A stretch of 64,000 bases of DNA from Sphagnum compactum (GCA_965153455.1 OZ234493.1:9848213-9912212), one strand, 5' to 3'; shown: positions 26,843-40,123, numbered from the stretch's first letter. The notes: generated from the sequence alone by a model not told the origin. Numbers and translations: made by a program.

Positions 26843-28438
26843 TAGCAAACTTATCTTTGGGTGGTACCACTAGGAACATCACCCCCCAAATTTTTGTGAC
26901 CCATCCAAGTTCAGGACAACATATGATTCACATAAAGAAAACTTTTCATTCCAAATTATTTATTAAAAGGTTACTCAAGTCATGTTAATTTCAAAATTCC
27001 AATTAAATTTTCAAAAAAATGTGTTTTGATGTGTAAAATGCATGCATAAGGAAAAAGTTTTAGGAGGGTGAAAACACATTAAGGGTAAGCCACTTTTCAC
27101 CAAAAAAGGTGATGTATAAAAAATATTATAATAAGTAATAAGCTAAAATCTTCATGTTATTCTTTGGCTATCCTAAACACAATAATTTTTTTAAAGAATT
27201 TGCATGACAACATTTTGGAACTCAAAGTTCACTTTGAGTCAAAATTAATTTTGATCCAACGGTTAGATGAAGAGGATTGGATAAAATTTGTGTACATATA
27301 GTATATAATAACTTACAGTTCTTCAATGGCCATAGGGCTTCATGTTTGTGGTTCATGAAACATTACCAAACAAAAGAAAATTGAAAATATAATGCAATGC
27401 CCATCTCCTCCTCTTTGATATGGTAGTGATTTTTTTCCTAAATTTTTTTTATCATGCATTTATTGTTCAAAAATGAAAAAAAGACACATTTTTTGAATGA
27501 AATTTCATTCAAAAACTTTAAAAATCAAAATGATCCTCAATTTAATTTATGTATTAAACAAAAAAATTCACCCAAAATTCCATTCACAACCTTAGTTTTG
27601 AAGTATATATGCAAGTTTTTCAAACTTTGTGACACATATTATGTTGTCACAAATATATTCCATACATTCAAGTTTTTCATTGTTTGTTGGACTTTTAAAA
27701 ATAATTGTTTTGATTAATTTCAACTGAATCAAATATACTTAAAACAAGCAAAAATAATTCAAGATGTGATGTCTATACAATACGAAACAAAATAATTGCA
27801 AAAATATTATATTTGTGATTACAATTTTTGGGGGGCTTAGTGTGCTTATGCCTAGGAATGTCACACGAAGGATTTTTTTGACCATGAATACAAAAGGAAT
27901 ATGTTTTATGGGAATTCTTCTTGGATGTTAATTTTTGAGAATATTTCTAATGCCAACCTACTTGATGTTTTTTTATAGATAATTGATTGAATCAATTTTG
28001 ATTTAGTTATGAATTTTTAAAATCAAGATTGTGAAGCCCTAAAGGACCATTGATGTCAAGAACACAAATGATAATTATTTTCACCTTTTGTTGTTTTAAT
28101 GATTAGTTTGGATCATTCCCTTGTGCATGTACTAAATAAACAAGAAAAAATATCTATTGTGTAAATATAAGGACACGTAAAAAGAAAAAAGGTTAGGAAT
28201 TGAGTCAGGAATGGGTTAGGAATGGTTCAAGATCAAAATGTTAATGCATATTATACATTTTTGGGTGTTCATTATTTTTCATGAGTGTGTGCATAGGTGG
28301 GGAACACATAGCCCACCTAGTCCAATCAAATATACTAATGTATAAGTAGATGAAATTTTATTTCTTGAATTGGGTCCAACTTTCCTATGATTTTGGTAAG
28401 GTGGTTCCTAGTGGTACCACCCAAGGAAAAGTTTGTGG
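26843..28438. mobile_element. TIR element with 4-bp TSD (ACAT), inserted in hAT transposase copy 2
   Basis: TIRs tagcaaacttatctttgggtggtaccactaggaac / gttcctagtggtaccacccaaggaaaagtttgtgg; ACAT at 26839-26842 and 28439-28442. Removing it restores alignment to copy 1 (ttctaacataccatgaac vs ttccaacaaaccatcaac). Confidence 0.85.
27066..27853. mobile_element. Nested MITE with 4-bp TSD (AGGA), same family as 46444-47227
   Basis: Ends gggtgaaaacacattaag / cttagtgtgcttatgcct with AGGA on both sides. The interior aligns with 46576-47220. Confidence 0.75.
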
Positions 28439-30149
28439 ACATACCATGAACAATGTGTAAATGCAGTGTTCCCAAGTGCGGCAAAGGTCAATGATGAACT
28501 TGAGAAATGGTTTCTTGCACATGATGTGATGGATGTTTTAGGTGTGGTTTATATATAGTATTGGTTCAAAAACACATGTGAGTTTAGCTTCCTTATTCAC
28601 ATGGATGTTTTGAAAAAAAATTATTCTCAGCCTAGAAAGCTTGGGTCCTCCTAGACATGGATTCCAATAGTTTTTGATGCAAATATTTTGGACTTACAAG
28701 CCTCCTTCTTCAAGATCACCTTGATGTTGAACACTTAATGGGCTATGAAGCAGATCATGGATTTCAATTTAGTTTCTAAATTGTGGAAAAAACTTACCTC
28801 CAATGCATTGTTATGTGCACACCTGTTTTAAATTCATTAAAGTGGTAGAATTAATTGTGGTCCAAATCATGGGGTTTGTTGAGGATGAAAGAACTTTTTG
28901 CGACCTTGACCTTCATGAAGAAAAGACTGCAAAACAAATTTTGTGAGCATCTGGATCTAGTGGTTCGTATGTTTGCACAACCCTTCTACATTGTTGATTC
29001 CTTTCCTCACAATGATGCCATCATAGTTTGGACCGATGAGAAAGCCATGAAGGGTCTTTTGGCTTGAATTGTGGATAACATAGTGGCATTTTCAATTATG
29101 GGTTCTAGCTACAATAATTCATTTAGCATGTTGTATTGCTTAATGCCATGCATCAAACTAGGAGTTTTAGGTTCTTGAAGTAGATGACTACTTTACATTC
29201 ATGATTGCAGTCCATGAGAACATTTTAAAATCCATGGCCATATGAAGTCACAAACCTTGGTGATGCACATTGTAAATGTTGGGATGCTAATATGCCATTG
29301 CTTGGCTCATTTTGTAGCATGTTTTGCTACTATAACAAGGATTCTACTATTAAATTTTATCTCCTTTTCAAAGCCTTTGCATGTTGCATTCTTGCTTATA
29401 TGGAGTTTGGACTATTAGATTTTGGATCATGGATTCTTTTTGTTTAGGATTAGCTTCTTATGAATCATGGACCATGTGTGTTGAACTTGTGTGGTTGGAT
29501 AGTGGAGAAATCAAGTTGAGGTTGAATCTTGAAACAAATAACCCCCTATTTCCACGATGCTGACTAGCTCGGCTTCAGGGTAACTTTCTCCCCTCCCATT
29601 TGAAGTTTTTATTTAATCACTGGAGTCTGGGTTGTAGGTAAGATCATGTGCTGCCACTAGGTGTAGTGTCCTTTGTGACAAGGGTTCAACTCTCTCACAT
29701 GAACATTGGGATCTCCAGTAGCTGGAAGCTAATTGCCAAATTTCGACACTCCAATTTCATCACAATTGTCAAAAGGGTTCTCAAATCTCTCTACTATTGC
29801 TTAAATGCAGATTCTATTAAAATTGCATTTGCCAATATTACCCAACACCAAAAACCTTGTTGTAGCCAAATTGGCGACCCCACTATAAGGAGAAAATCAC
29901 CACCTTGCTATTTCTTTTTGCTTTGTGTAGCCAATTTTAAGATAGCTAAGCATGTGCTTGTAGCCATGTAGGCTACTATCTCAAGGTCAGAATAGCCACA
30001 TATGCCTCTTCTAGGAATCCTTAAAAAAATACATTGGTACCCACATGACAAAAGAGGTTTGCTTTTGCTCCTAGGCCTAATCAATGTTTTTGTCCATCAT
30101 AAAGAAAGGTGGACTAACTGGCACCAGTTTGGAAAAATCTAATATAATT

Positions 30150-30350
30150 TCCTTTTTTTTGGTGCAATTTTTTAGTTGCAAAATTTCGAAAAAAGAATAG
30201 AAAAGTCAGATCTATCCTAAGTTCCAGCAGGTAGCCAAAAATATAGAAGGATGTTAATTTTTTTTTCCCTATTTCATTTTTTTCAAATCTGGTTAAATCG
30301 TCTTATGGATGATCACCACTTCAGCTACATTACAAAATTGAAAACAAAAC
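30150..30350 (+). repeat. Dispersed repeat R1 copy
   Basis: ttccagcaggtagcc...ggatgatcaccacttcagctacattacaaaattgaaa. Confidence 0.75.
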
Positions 30351-30400
30351 CATTAGTCCTATCCCACTTCTTCCTTGGTATTTTCCCGCTTTTCTTTGGG

Positions 30401-30598
30401 AGCATTGGTTCTAGGGCTGTTACAAGGTCATCGAGAGTGTGCGCCCAAAATCTATTCTCATGTGAGTTCTTTGACAAAAGACATGGCAGTTTTTCTTTAG
30501 TAGCATCGGTTCTAGGGCTGAAAAAAACAAGGTCACCGAGTGTGTGCCCAAAGTCTAAATTCTCATGTGAGTTCTTTGGTAAAAGACATGGCAATTTT
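30401..30598. repeat. Tandem duplication, two units of about 100 bp
   Basis: agcat(t/c)ggttctagggctg...acaaggtca...ttctcatgtgagttcttt...aaaagacatggca starts at 30401 and 30502. Confidence 0.9.
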
Positions 30599-31057
30599 GT
30601 GGATGGAGCTAATGAAACCTCATCAAGCTTTAGGATGAAATGTTTCTAATTCAAAGCAACTATGGTGACTTAGAAACAGAATTCTCCAAATAGAATGCCA
30701 TCAACAGCCATCAACTGTTGTCTCACATGAAGTTATTGGATGCTCTGCATGCTTTGATGAGGCTCTCACTAACTGTAGTTAAAGTGGGTTGGATCTCATT
30801 GAATGGCAGTGCTTTGGACATGCTTTCCAATTCTATCATGGATTAAATTTTAAGAGGTTTGAACTTTCTGTTTTTTTTGCTTTGATAAATTTTCCACAAC
30901 CAAATGAATCATTAAATGAAAGAGTTTGTTTTTTTGAAGTGCTCTCTACTAAGAAAGGGTGAAAAGGAACCACTATTTAGAAGAGGTCCATCCACACGTC
31001 CAGTATGTTGGCCTTTACAGATGTCCAAAAACATCCAAAATAATATGGACTTTGTCA

Positions 31058-31374
31058 TGTGTTGGCCTTGCCTTGGTAGGCAAGGATATTGTGTTTAGAT
31101 TCATTATAGAGTATAGTAGCTTAAGGGATTTTGGCCCCTAGGTAATAGGTCTATTTTTATATGTGGATTTGAAAGATCATATTTTGGCTTGTGTTGAAAC
31201 TTGAGATTAGTTATAGAGTTATAATATTACCTTGAAGGATTTTGATTTCTTTTAGAGGATTTTTTGAAAATTATATTTTTGCATGGTGAAATATTTGAGT
31301 TTCCATAATTCTTCTTTTGTCTTAAAATAATTTTTAATGTAAATGGCAAGGCCACAGTGTGACACACCCCTTGT
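31058..31374 (+). mobile_element. Family H1, copy c
   Basis: Reverse complement of copies a and b; ends ggcaaggccacagtgtgacacaccccttgt. Confidence 0.7.
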
Positions 31375-31871
31375 TATTTCCAGTTCCCCACCTAAAAATA
31401 TGATATCTTGGAAAGTGTACACCTTAGTGGGCACCAAGTGGGCCAATATTGGGGTCTGATAATAAAGGCCAATTAAAAGGATCGCAGTGCCCTTCAAAAA
31501 GCACTTGAAATATTGGTAATATTTAAGAGGGGTGTTACTATCAGTGTTGGGCAGATATTAGATTTTTTCAATATCCACCGATTATTCAATTTATCAATAT
31601 CTGCCAGTTTGGGTTCTTTTTATTTATTTTTCATTTAACATCTCTTGTGAGGATATCAAATTTTAAAAAAATAATAATGTCAGATTTTCAATATTAAAGA
31701 TATCCTGCAACATAATATCTGCCAGATATTTAAGCTTTCGAATAACAGAATACGACAATAAAATGTGGTTGTCATTTTATTTTTGGAAGATGCAATTGTT
31801 CCAAAATTTTCTTAGTTTTTTCTTCTTTAATTTTTAAATTAAAAAAATTCATTCTTGAGATTTTATTGATT

Positions 31872-32210
31872 CTGTTTGCAAAGTTGGGTTTTCTTCAAAT
31901 CCTTTCATTTTTATTTCAATTTCATTTATGAATATTATTGCTTTTTCATTTTGCTCTGTTTGATTTTCATTTTCACTTGACTCTTCCATTTCACACAAAT
32001 GCTTTACAAGGCCAATGACAAAAAAATACAAGCAAACATTCTCTTTGCAAACTTGGGTTTTTTTCAAATCCTTTCGTTTTTATTTCAATTTCATTTATGA
32101 ATATTATTGCTTTTTCATTTTGCGTTGTTTGATTTTCATTTTCACTTGACTCTTCCATTTTCACACAAATGCTTTACAAGGCCAATGATAAAAAAAATTC
32201 AAGCAAACAA
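31872..32210. repeat. Tandem duplication, two units of about 170 bp, inside the TIR element
   Basis: tttgcaaa(g/c)ttgggtttt...cacaaatgctttacaaggccaatga.aaaaaa...caagcaaaca occurs twice. Confidence 0.9.
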
Positions 32211-32219
32211 ATGTCTTGC

Positions 32220-32790
32220 AAAAATTATCAAAAATATTGCTAATGCTATCACACTTAAAAAGATTGTGATGCAAACATTTACAAGCAAAAATAAAATTTT
32301 CAAAATAAAAAAGGGATATGCAATGTATAATTTTATTTAGAAAAAAGAGCTTATATTATAAGTCTTGCACAACAATTGCAAAAACAAAATAAACCATTAT
32401 TAATGAAAAAAGGGAAATGCAAACAAAACACATAAAAAAACATCACAATAAAAAAGAACCATAAGTAATGACCAAAAAAAGAAGAAATTGATTTTAAAAA
32501 AAAAAACACAAAAAACAATGAACAGAAATAACGGAAGAACATGGAAATAAAACACATTTAAAAAAAGCAAAAAAATATAGGAAAAAAAAAGAGAATACAG
32601 AAAACAGCAAACATATATAAATAAAAAAGGGAATAAAAAAGAAAAAAGAGGAAAGAAAGAACAGAAAAAAAGTAAATACCAGAAAAACACATAAAAAAGA
32701 AAAAAAAGAAAAAACAGAAAAAGACAGAATAATAAAAAACCAGAATAAAGAAAAAATTAAAAAGAACAAAATAACATAAAAAAAAGATTC
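32220..32790. repeat. Strand-biased A-rich low-complexity tract
   Basis: Poly-A runs separated by single c/g/t; source of the spurious Phe-rich minus-strand ORFs. Confidence 0.9.
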
Positions 32791-35163
32791 GGAGTTCTGG
32801 CCTTTTTATAAGTGCTTGATTTTAGGGTGGGAGGCAGCGGCTGCCTCCAAAACACCATCTGCCGTTTCCCCCCCCCCGCCCCCCTCAAATTGAACCCCTA
32901 ACACTCCAAAACCCTATTTTCATATTTTTTCTCAAACTAATGTCCTAGCTCCTTGCTTTTTGTGAGTTCTGATATCTAGATCTGGGAATGAATTTGATAT
33001 CATGGCCAGAATTCAAAAATAAAAAATAAAATCCATTCCAGATATTAATTGATAATTACAGATATTTTGCATTGTGTATTTTTGAGATCCAGGGATTAGA
33101 ATATCATTAAGAATATCACATTTTTTGGTATTTGAAAAGTTTTAAAGGTGATATCCCTGGTGATACCTGAGTTTGATATCTGGATTTTCTGGATACCCAC
33201 TCGACACTGGCTGTTACTAGTTGAGAAAATTACCAATATGTTGTACTCACAAGAGTACCTTAATGTTTTACAAGTTCCACGATAATTCTACTATTTAAAA
33301 AATGCTAAGCTCAAAAAAACAGTTACCTACCCAAAACACCGAAAGTTAAGGAATTTTTTTGTTCATCGACTTAAAAAAAATTGTGGGAACCTGATGCAAT
33401 TGTGTAGGTTTTTTTTTCCCATTATTCGATATTTATTAGGGAGGTGAATTACTAGTCATTCATCTGTGCTTAGCAATAGCTTCAATGTTTAATATGACTC
33501 GCTTAAGTTGTTGGATAAAGTGGGGTCTTGACTACTTGCAACCAGGAATTGTGGTCATGAGAGGAAATCAAGGAGTTAGTCTCTTTTAAAAAGATCTTTT
33601 TCATGGACATTAAGTTCAAATATTAGTCATTGTTGTCGAATATTTGGCATAATCAGCTGAAAATTTCTGTAAATTTATCACATTTATTGCCAAAGTTGAT
33701 TTTGAAAAATAAAACAATTATTGGACAAACCTGACTCTTGAGTGCCGAACCAGATAAGGTGCTGCAGTCAAAAACCAATAACTTATTTGGACTGTGGCTA
33801 GACCTTCTTCGATAGCCCACTATAATTTGTTGAACTTAACAGCTCTCCAGATTCCACACAGTTCTAATCATTTTTGTGGCAAAATGGAGGTGTGGGTATG
33901 GTAACAGAGGAGTATCATTTTTAGCAGCTTGCCACGAACTATGAGCCCACCTTTGTTACACATGATAGGTATCCTATTCATGTGTGTAAGTTAAAAATGT
34001 CCGACCTCAGCATTTTAGAAAATGCAGGTACGCCAGTTGTGCAAATCAAGTCTGACCTACGTGCCAACCCTCCTAATTCAAGATGGGCTTTCACATGCAC
34101 AACAGCAGCATCCCATTCCTCATGCAAACTTCATAATTAATTGTCACAAAATAGTACAGATCCTGGAGAGATGTGCATGGAACAGGGTTTTGCAGGCAAA
34201 TGATTGTTGCCAGCTTCCAACAAAAAGTCCATCCAAGCTTCACACTGTTCATGATATAATGGTGGCTGATGATGTTCACCTTCTTTTCTTCACCCTCAAC
34301 AAAGTAAAACTTCATTTTCACATTCATTTTGCAATTCCAACCCCAGGCTAAGGATATCTTTCTATTAGGCTGTTGTGATCACAGATTTTGTGATCACAGT
34401 AGCTTTTCATTATGTTTTTCAAGTAGCTGTGCTCATAGCGATCTCTCAACTTTACTGGTCAAGCATTTGCCAATTGAAGGAGTTGTGAGAGCTGTGAGTC
34501 AAACTATGACTCACCATACAATGACATCTGTCCTTTTTTGTATTGAGAACAAATGTTCCCACAATTGCTAACAAATTAAATTACATATCTTTATCACAGT
34601 TGCAGCTCTCCAATGAAAAGTGGCTGTCCATACAACATGAAACAAGGCCCTATTTCAATGGCTTTCCATTCAGCTGCTGTGATGACAAGAGTCTGATGGA
34701 AAGATACTCTAAGTTGGTGTGTTTCTACAAGAAGAAAATTTGTTCACTTGGGTGCAGCAATGGCCCATCACTTTGGAAATTTACAAGTGTTTCTGTCACA
34801 ACTTGGTTCACAGAATTCGACCAGAGAGTCTTAATGTTACAGTAGGACAGAGCAATCTTTTCTGCTTCTTGTTTTTTAGCATCAATCATGAATGCACAAT
34901 CAGGAGCAATATAAATGGAATGCTTCTACTTAAGAATTTCACGCACAATTTTAAAAGCTTAGTGTGCCCTACAATGGTTGATGTGGTAACGTCAATTCAT
35001 TTGCTTTGGAAAAAATTGCAAGTCAAATTCTGAGTGCATTGTGTACACATTCATCACATAGAACATAAAATATGGAACCTTCAAAATGTCACAAACAACT
35101 GACAGCATAATTGTGGAAAGAAGGGAATCTGAGCCACCAAGTTCAAAAAATTAAGTCACTAAG

Positions 35164-35391
35164 TTACACCCATGTTGACTTTCCTAAGGTCTCCACAATT
35201 TGATGCACGTTGCCATCATGTGTGCACACAGGTCCTTTGAATGTGACTGGTCTTGTTTTCTGCCTGCTTGATTCAAATCGTGCCCGTCGACTTCGGTTTC
35301 CAAAGCCTGATGGAACAACTTCACTCAAAAATTCCTCTGCAATGTCTCCATCATCATCCACTCGCAACCTCTCTGAATACCATGTCAATCC
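35164..35391 (-). CDS. Conserved plant protein of unknown function, last coding exon
   Basis: Acceptor tgtgaaaag|GGA, then GLTWYSERLRVDDDGDIAEEFLSEV...HQIVETLGKSTWV*. Joins the upstream exon in frame to give GGVQ|GLTWY..RL.VD.DGD.A.EFL, a motif I recall from a land-plant uncharacterised family (Arabidopsis At4g17960/At5g46620-like, from memory). Confidence 0.85.
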   Translation of the reverse strand, partial: GLTWYSERLRVDDDGDIAEEFLSEVVPSGFGNRSRRARFESSRQKTRPVTFKGPVCTHDGNVHQIVETLGKSTWV

Positions 35392-35533
35392 CTTTTCACA
35401 AAGAAACACAAATTTCAGTGTCATGACAGAAAAAAGAAAGAACACTAAGTAATATGACTCAACAAATGTGAACCAGGGGATCTAAAATCCAAGGGGTTGA
35501 TGTGCAATGAAAACAAATCAGACAGAGATGCAC

Positions 35534-35758
35534 CTGTACACCACCATTCCCATAAGTACATTTGGAGACAACTGGAGTGTGATGTTGAACTCGCCGTATC
35601 ACTGGAGGATCCACTTTACGTTCTCGTGGAGCAGGCACATTCACTGTAGATGCCGGCACTTTTTTTTCTGCTACATTTTCTGCAGCCTTTTTTGCTGCTT
35701 CATTCTTCCTATGACTGTGACCTACATGGCCAAAAAGTCGACGAAATAGTCCAGCCAT
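35534..35758 (-). CDS. Conserved plant protein of unknown function, first coding exon (150 aa total)
   Basis: aaaATGG start; MAGLFRRLFGHVGH...PVVSKCTYGNGGVQ; phase-0 donor CAG|gtgcat at 35533. Confidence 0.8.
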
Positions 35759-37399
35759 TTTCAACACCCTATTGTCTTTTTTCACTCCCGCAAGTGGAAT
35801 ATCTTGTATCAATTTGGAATCAGTATCCAGAAAAGATTCAACAGATCTGAAGGGTTTGTTAGTTGCAATAGCAATGTGATACTTTTTGCATTGCCATTTT
35901 GATCATCTTTTAAACTCTCAATTCTTGAATTGTGCTCTGGTGGTAGGTCAGATGCAGTTTCTCCAGTAACCAATTCACTGATAGCTTATCTTCATCTTGT
36001 ATGTCCAACACTCATCAATCTTATACCTGTAGAAATAAATTCCAAACATTTTTAGGCAAGTAATTAGCTCATTGTAGGGCAGCTAGACACCAACCAGTGC
36101 AACTGCAACTGCAACGTTCACAATGCCACACAGTTCAGATACCACCACCACTGCTCAAGTACAACCACAAGAAAACCAGTTGCAAAAAGTTCTAGGAATG
36201 TAACTCTACCTACCTTCCTTTCTTCAGACTAATTTTGAACATGACAACAAAGCTGGAGTGGATAACCTGAATTTGAGTGTTGATATTTAGTGATACCTAA
36301 AATATCAGTTGTTGATACTTGTCACTTCTTTTGGAACCTTTCCCCCCTCACTGCAGATCTGAAGGTTCCTGGATTGCATCAAGCAGTGAGAAACACAATG
36401 ACTGAATAGATTAAAACTGCACTTAAAAGTTTGTTTCTCAAAGATGACAATCACATCTTTCTTGTGTGCAATTTTTTCAAGGAATTGTACCAAGAAATCT
36501 TGAGCTAAGAGATGAATATCTGGTTCCCATCCTGCACATAGGGAGCAACATATCCCTGAACTATACGGCTACCACTATGCTACCTATTTTCCTGCTCATC
36601 CTTAACCCTGTTCAAAACCTCCAATAGAAACCTATTTGCCATCCTCACAATCTCCAAAAATGAAGAAACAACAGCCCCGCAACTTGGAATACAGTAAGAT
36701 AAAGACAGGGAGTCTTGCAAAATACCTGATTTTGTAACACTGATGCTCATACGGCTTCGAACATTTAGAAGTATCCGCAGCTGTCGGTCATCGGAGACCT
36801 AACATAAAAAGTGAGATCGAGCAAGAAGAGTCACAGAAAACCATGAGCTTCAGACCAGGTTCAAACTCAGATTTTGTACTAGACTTCGCACGGTACTTCT
36901 TGTGACTATCCGAAAAGAATGCAATCCCAAAGAGAACAAGCAATCCAACGATAGACTGACTATTCACAATCTTGTTTGCAGAATCGGACAGATATTGCTT
37001 GCTAGAACAGGCAATCAGACAGGGCCAGCGGAAGAGGAATATACAGATAATGCCAGGTATGAAACCATTCTCAGAAGCTCCAAGAGACGGAGAATCTCAC
37101 AGCCAACGAAACCAAACACATTTTCCCAAAAGCACTGAACGAAACCACAATTGTTCCGGCAAAGAAGGAACCAACAACAGAAGATGTTGAGGACACTCAA
37201 AACGATAAGTGACGAAATCGGTAAGCCAGTCAGCCAGCCACAAAGCCTGTACAAAGCGCGAAACAAACTTCACAAGAGACCTAGAAAAAGATTTTTCTGG
37301 ATTGGAAAAAACACGAAAACTAGTTTCCAGTCACACAAAGGACTGAGAAAGAAAAGAAGGAAGGACCTGGAGGCGACTAGAGAAGTAGACTGAGATTTT

Positions 37400-37800
37400 A
37401 ATATTGTGTGAACAAGGAAAGGAGGGACACAATTCTGTGGGCACATAAAAGAGAGGCGGAAACAGGGGGAATGTGAAGAGAACAGAAAGCTAGCGTGGAT
37501 GCGGAGGTGCAAGATCTGATAGAAGAGAAAGCATGAAGTGCCTCAAAGCAGCTATTTCCTCGTTCTCGTCTGGTTCTTCACGCGTGCGCTGCTGCCGCTG
37601 CGGCGCTTGTTTGTGTTTCGTGCAAACTCTCAGTTCCCTCGTCTTCTTCGCGCACAAAAGGAAAACAGCGAGCCTCTCTGTCCAGGTCCCCTATTCACCG
37701 CACCTGGAACGGGACCTGGCTGGCCCCACGCGCAATAAGGTAGCTATCATTCATTGCGAGTGTAGGAAAGGGATCTGGATTGATATCTGGATAAACAAGC
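37400..37800 (-). promoter_or_regulatory. Probable promoter/first-exon region of the 35164-35758 gene
   Basis: CpG-rich island with CT-rich leader sequence on the minus strand. Splice-like sites downstream (donors ~37364, ~36725; acceptors ~37281, ~36800, ~36028) suggest a multi-exon 5' UTR. Confidence 0.5.
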
Positions 37801-37869
37801 TCCCTACTCACCAGATCTTAGTTAGGGGACCTCGATCGGGACTTGGGATGTCAAGCGCACATCTCAACT

Positions 37870-38145
37870 CTTTTTCTTTACTTGCGAAATTTCGCCAAAA
37901 AGAGAAATTAAAAATCAAGAATTCGAAAGTCAAGTGATTTTGGAGAAGTGAGAAAAAAATAGTAAAAACTATCAGACTCCTAGATTTGGTTTTCAATGTG
38001 TGTAGCCATGAATATAGAAGGTTGATTAAATACTTTGTACTTTATATCTGGTTTATAACCTTATTTGGCTAAATCTTCTTAAGGATGATTGCCATTTTTT
38101 AACATCTTCGTATGGATGATCACCACTTTAGGCTACATAAAAGAA
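37870..38145 (+). repeat. Dispersed repeat R1 copy
   Basis: atttggctaaatcttcttaaggatgattgcc...ggatgatcaccactttaggctacat. Confidence 0.7.
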
Positions 38146-38399
38146 ACACTGCTTTAAGGGACCTCGGTTGGGAATTGGAACGTCCCGTGGCAGTCAGTGG
38201 ACCAGGCCTCATAAAGTCAGTAACGAGTTTCTTTTTCTCTCTCTTTACAGGTCCCGTTATTGACAGGACCTGGAACCTTACCCCTCCCTCTTTCAGACCC
38301 TTCCTGTCCAAGTCCCTATTCTGGTTACCTTTAGTGGGGAGTAATTTCTGTACCTTAACTGGTCTCGAAATCTGAACCGGGACCTGGGTAACAAAACCA

Positions 38400-38703
38400 G
38401 CCCAACAGGTTCCTAACCAGGTTCCTTCTACTTCGGACTAACTTGGTACCCGGACTCGTGTCGAGATCCGTGCGGACACCTGGATGCCCAAACCGGTCCA
38501 ACGGGTTCCGAACCAGTCTGCCTCTACACACTTCGGAGCAAGTTCGTACCCGGACTCGTGTCGAGATTCATGCGGACACCTGGATGCCCAAACCGGTCCA
38601 ACGGGTTCCGAACCAGTCTGCCTTTACATACTTCGGAGTAACTTCGTACCCGGACTCGTGTCGAGATCCGTGTGGACACCTGGATGCCCAAACCGGCCCA
38701 ACA
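38400..38703. repeat. GC-rich tandem repeat, 100-bp period, about 3 units
   Basis: gtacccggactcgtgtcgagat starts at 38446, 38546 and 38646. Confidence 0.95.
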
Positions 38704-40123
38704 GCTGTTCATCCAAAGCGGACAATCAAGACCTGGACTGTCGAATCACGTCCACATTGACCTGAAAGGAGACCTCGGATTCTTTCGGCCTTCGAGACAT
38801 GCAGAATCCGCGGCTCTCGTTTTACAATTCCTCTCTCTTCTCTCTCACACGCGCGCGCATAACTCTCGCTTCACCTCTCCTATTGAGAAGCGAAGTAGGA
38901 GCCGGAAATCTGTATCAAGCCTGGCATATACTACAACTCTTTCATTGGCTACGTAGATAGTTTACCGATTTTCATAAGTTCAACTTTTTTTTTCCTGGGT
39001 ATTTTTTTTGCAGCATCATGGCACCATCACTCACTCACTCATTATACCAATCATGGAGATACCCTAAGTGGGACCACAGAGATAGAGACGGACAAAGAGA
39101 GAGACACACAGAACTCTACTTATCTTCTCTTCTTTTGCTCACTCCATTGCTGCAAATATCAGAGATTCTTCCTAGTGATTCCAGAAAATTCAATCAGCAA
39201 TCAATCACCAGGCATGTATATACGCCTTCCCTGTATATCATTTGAGAACCTCATCACATGCCTACAAAGCTTTCTCAAAGGAAGCTTTTCAAACAAGCTT
39301 TTCAAGACATACACACAAACCCCATCCCCCTCCCTCTTCCCCCAGGCATGGGACTTGTAAGCTGCTTTTGGGGAGTATATGTTCTATCTTGTCATGATTG
39401 GAAAAACCCTGCAAAAAGTAGTGCATTCTGTATAAGGATGATGATGGTGATGATGATGGTTCATGAGAGGTTTGAATGTGTAGGGCAAGACACCCCTGCA
39501 AGGGACTTCAAAGGAGGATTGAGCCCAGGCTGTGATCACAGGCAGTAGCCTAAGTGAAAAGAGGCCCAGGCCAAGAACCTGCGAGGGCCACCCATAAGGG
39601 TCCCATTTTGATTTCTTTTGGAAACAGAAGGGTGTTATCAGATTGTAACCCATTCTACCAGTGCAGTACACTCTACAAACACATGCTGGTGGAGCTCCAG
39701 GCAGGTTCATGCAACAATACAAGGGACATTTTCCAAACTTCTTTATGATCTGAAAACCCCAAGGATTTGATGATTGCTATAACAAAGGGAACCAATTGAT
39801 CTACAAACCCAATCCTTAGTGCCCCGCTGTTGTGCTTGTTTATGTCTCTCTATCAACTGATGTTTCTGCTTAGAGGAACTCTCACTACAGATACTTGGGA
39901 CTTATTATCTCCAGGGCCACCACAAAGTACAAAATTACCAATCACAGGATCTTCCTTAAGAATATGGGCAACATGGACAAGATATCACACCATATAGCAA
40001 CCTACAATCAACACATATAAAAAATACAGACATGTCTCTGACTTTCTACACTGCATCTAATGCTGTTTCTCCATTGCTGGATGCCAGTTGCAAAATTACA
40101 GACATACAAAATCAGACATCAAT

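Larger units (their letters stand above)
25305..29067 (+). mobile_element. Decayed hAT-superfamily transposase, copy 2 (interrupted by a MITE at 26843-28438)
   Basis: FHDVWSAKLPWVE...RCKVCSKIEGKEKLLAPKLDSLWKHCG through TLTFMKKRLQNKFCEHLDLVVRMFAQPFY, colinear with copy 1. Homologous 3' ends (...caa(a/g)ggttcaactc) at ~21418 and ~29692. Confidence 0.85.
31541..33210. mobile_element. Non-autonomous TIR element with 8-9 bp TSD (hAT or Mutator type)
   Basis: Ends tcagtgttgggc / actcgacactgg, flanked by gtgttacta (31532-31540) and ctgttacta (33211-33219). Repeated gatatc/gatatt subterminal motifs at both ends. Confidence 0.75.

Noticed and set aside
32351-32769. Phe-rich, membrane-protein-like ORFs
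   Set aside because: Artefact of the poly-A low-complexity tract; open in all three frames.
38400-38703. CRISPR-like array (also considered for 58984-59312)
   Set aside because: Whole units repeat with no unique spacers, there are no cas genes, and the context is eukaryotic.
39085-39145. miR535/miR156-like sequence ggacaaagagagagacacac
   Set aside because: Several mismatches, low-complexity GA content and only weak star-arm pairing.
39258-39748. Overlapping ORFs with poly-His/Met/Asp
   Set aside because: Derived from a short (gat)n microsatellite; no recognisable domain.
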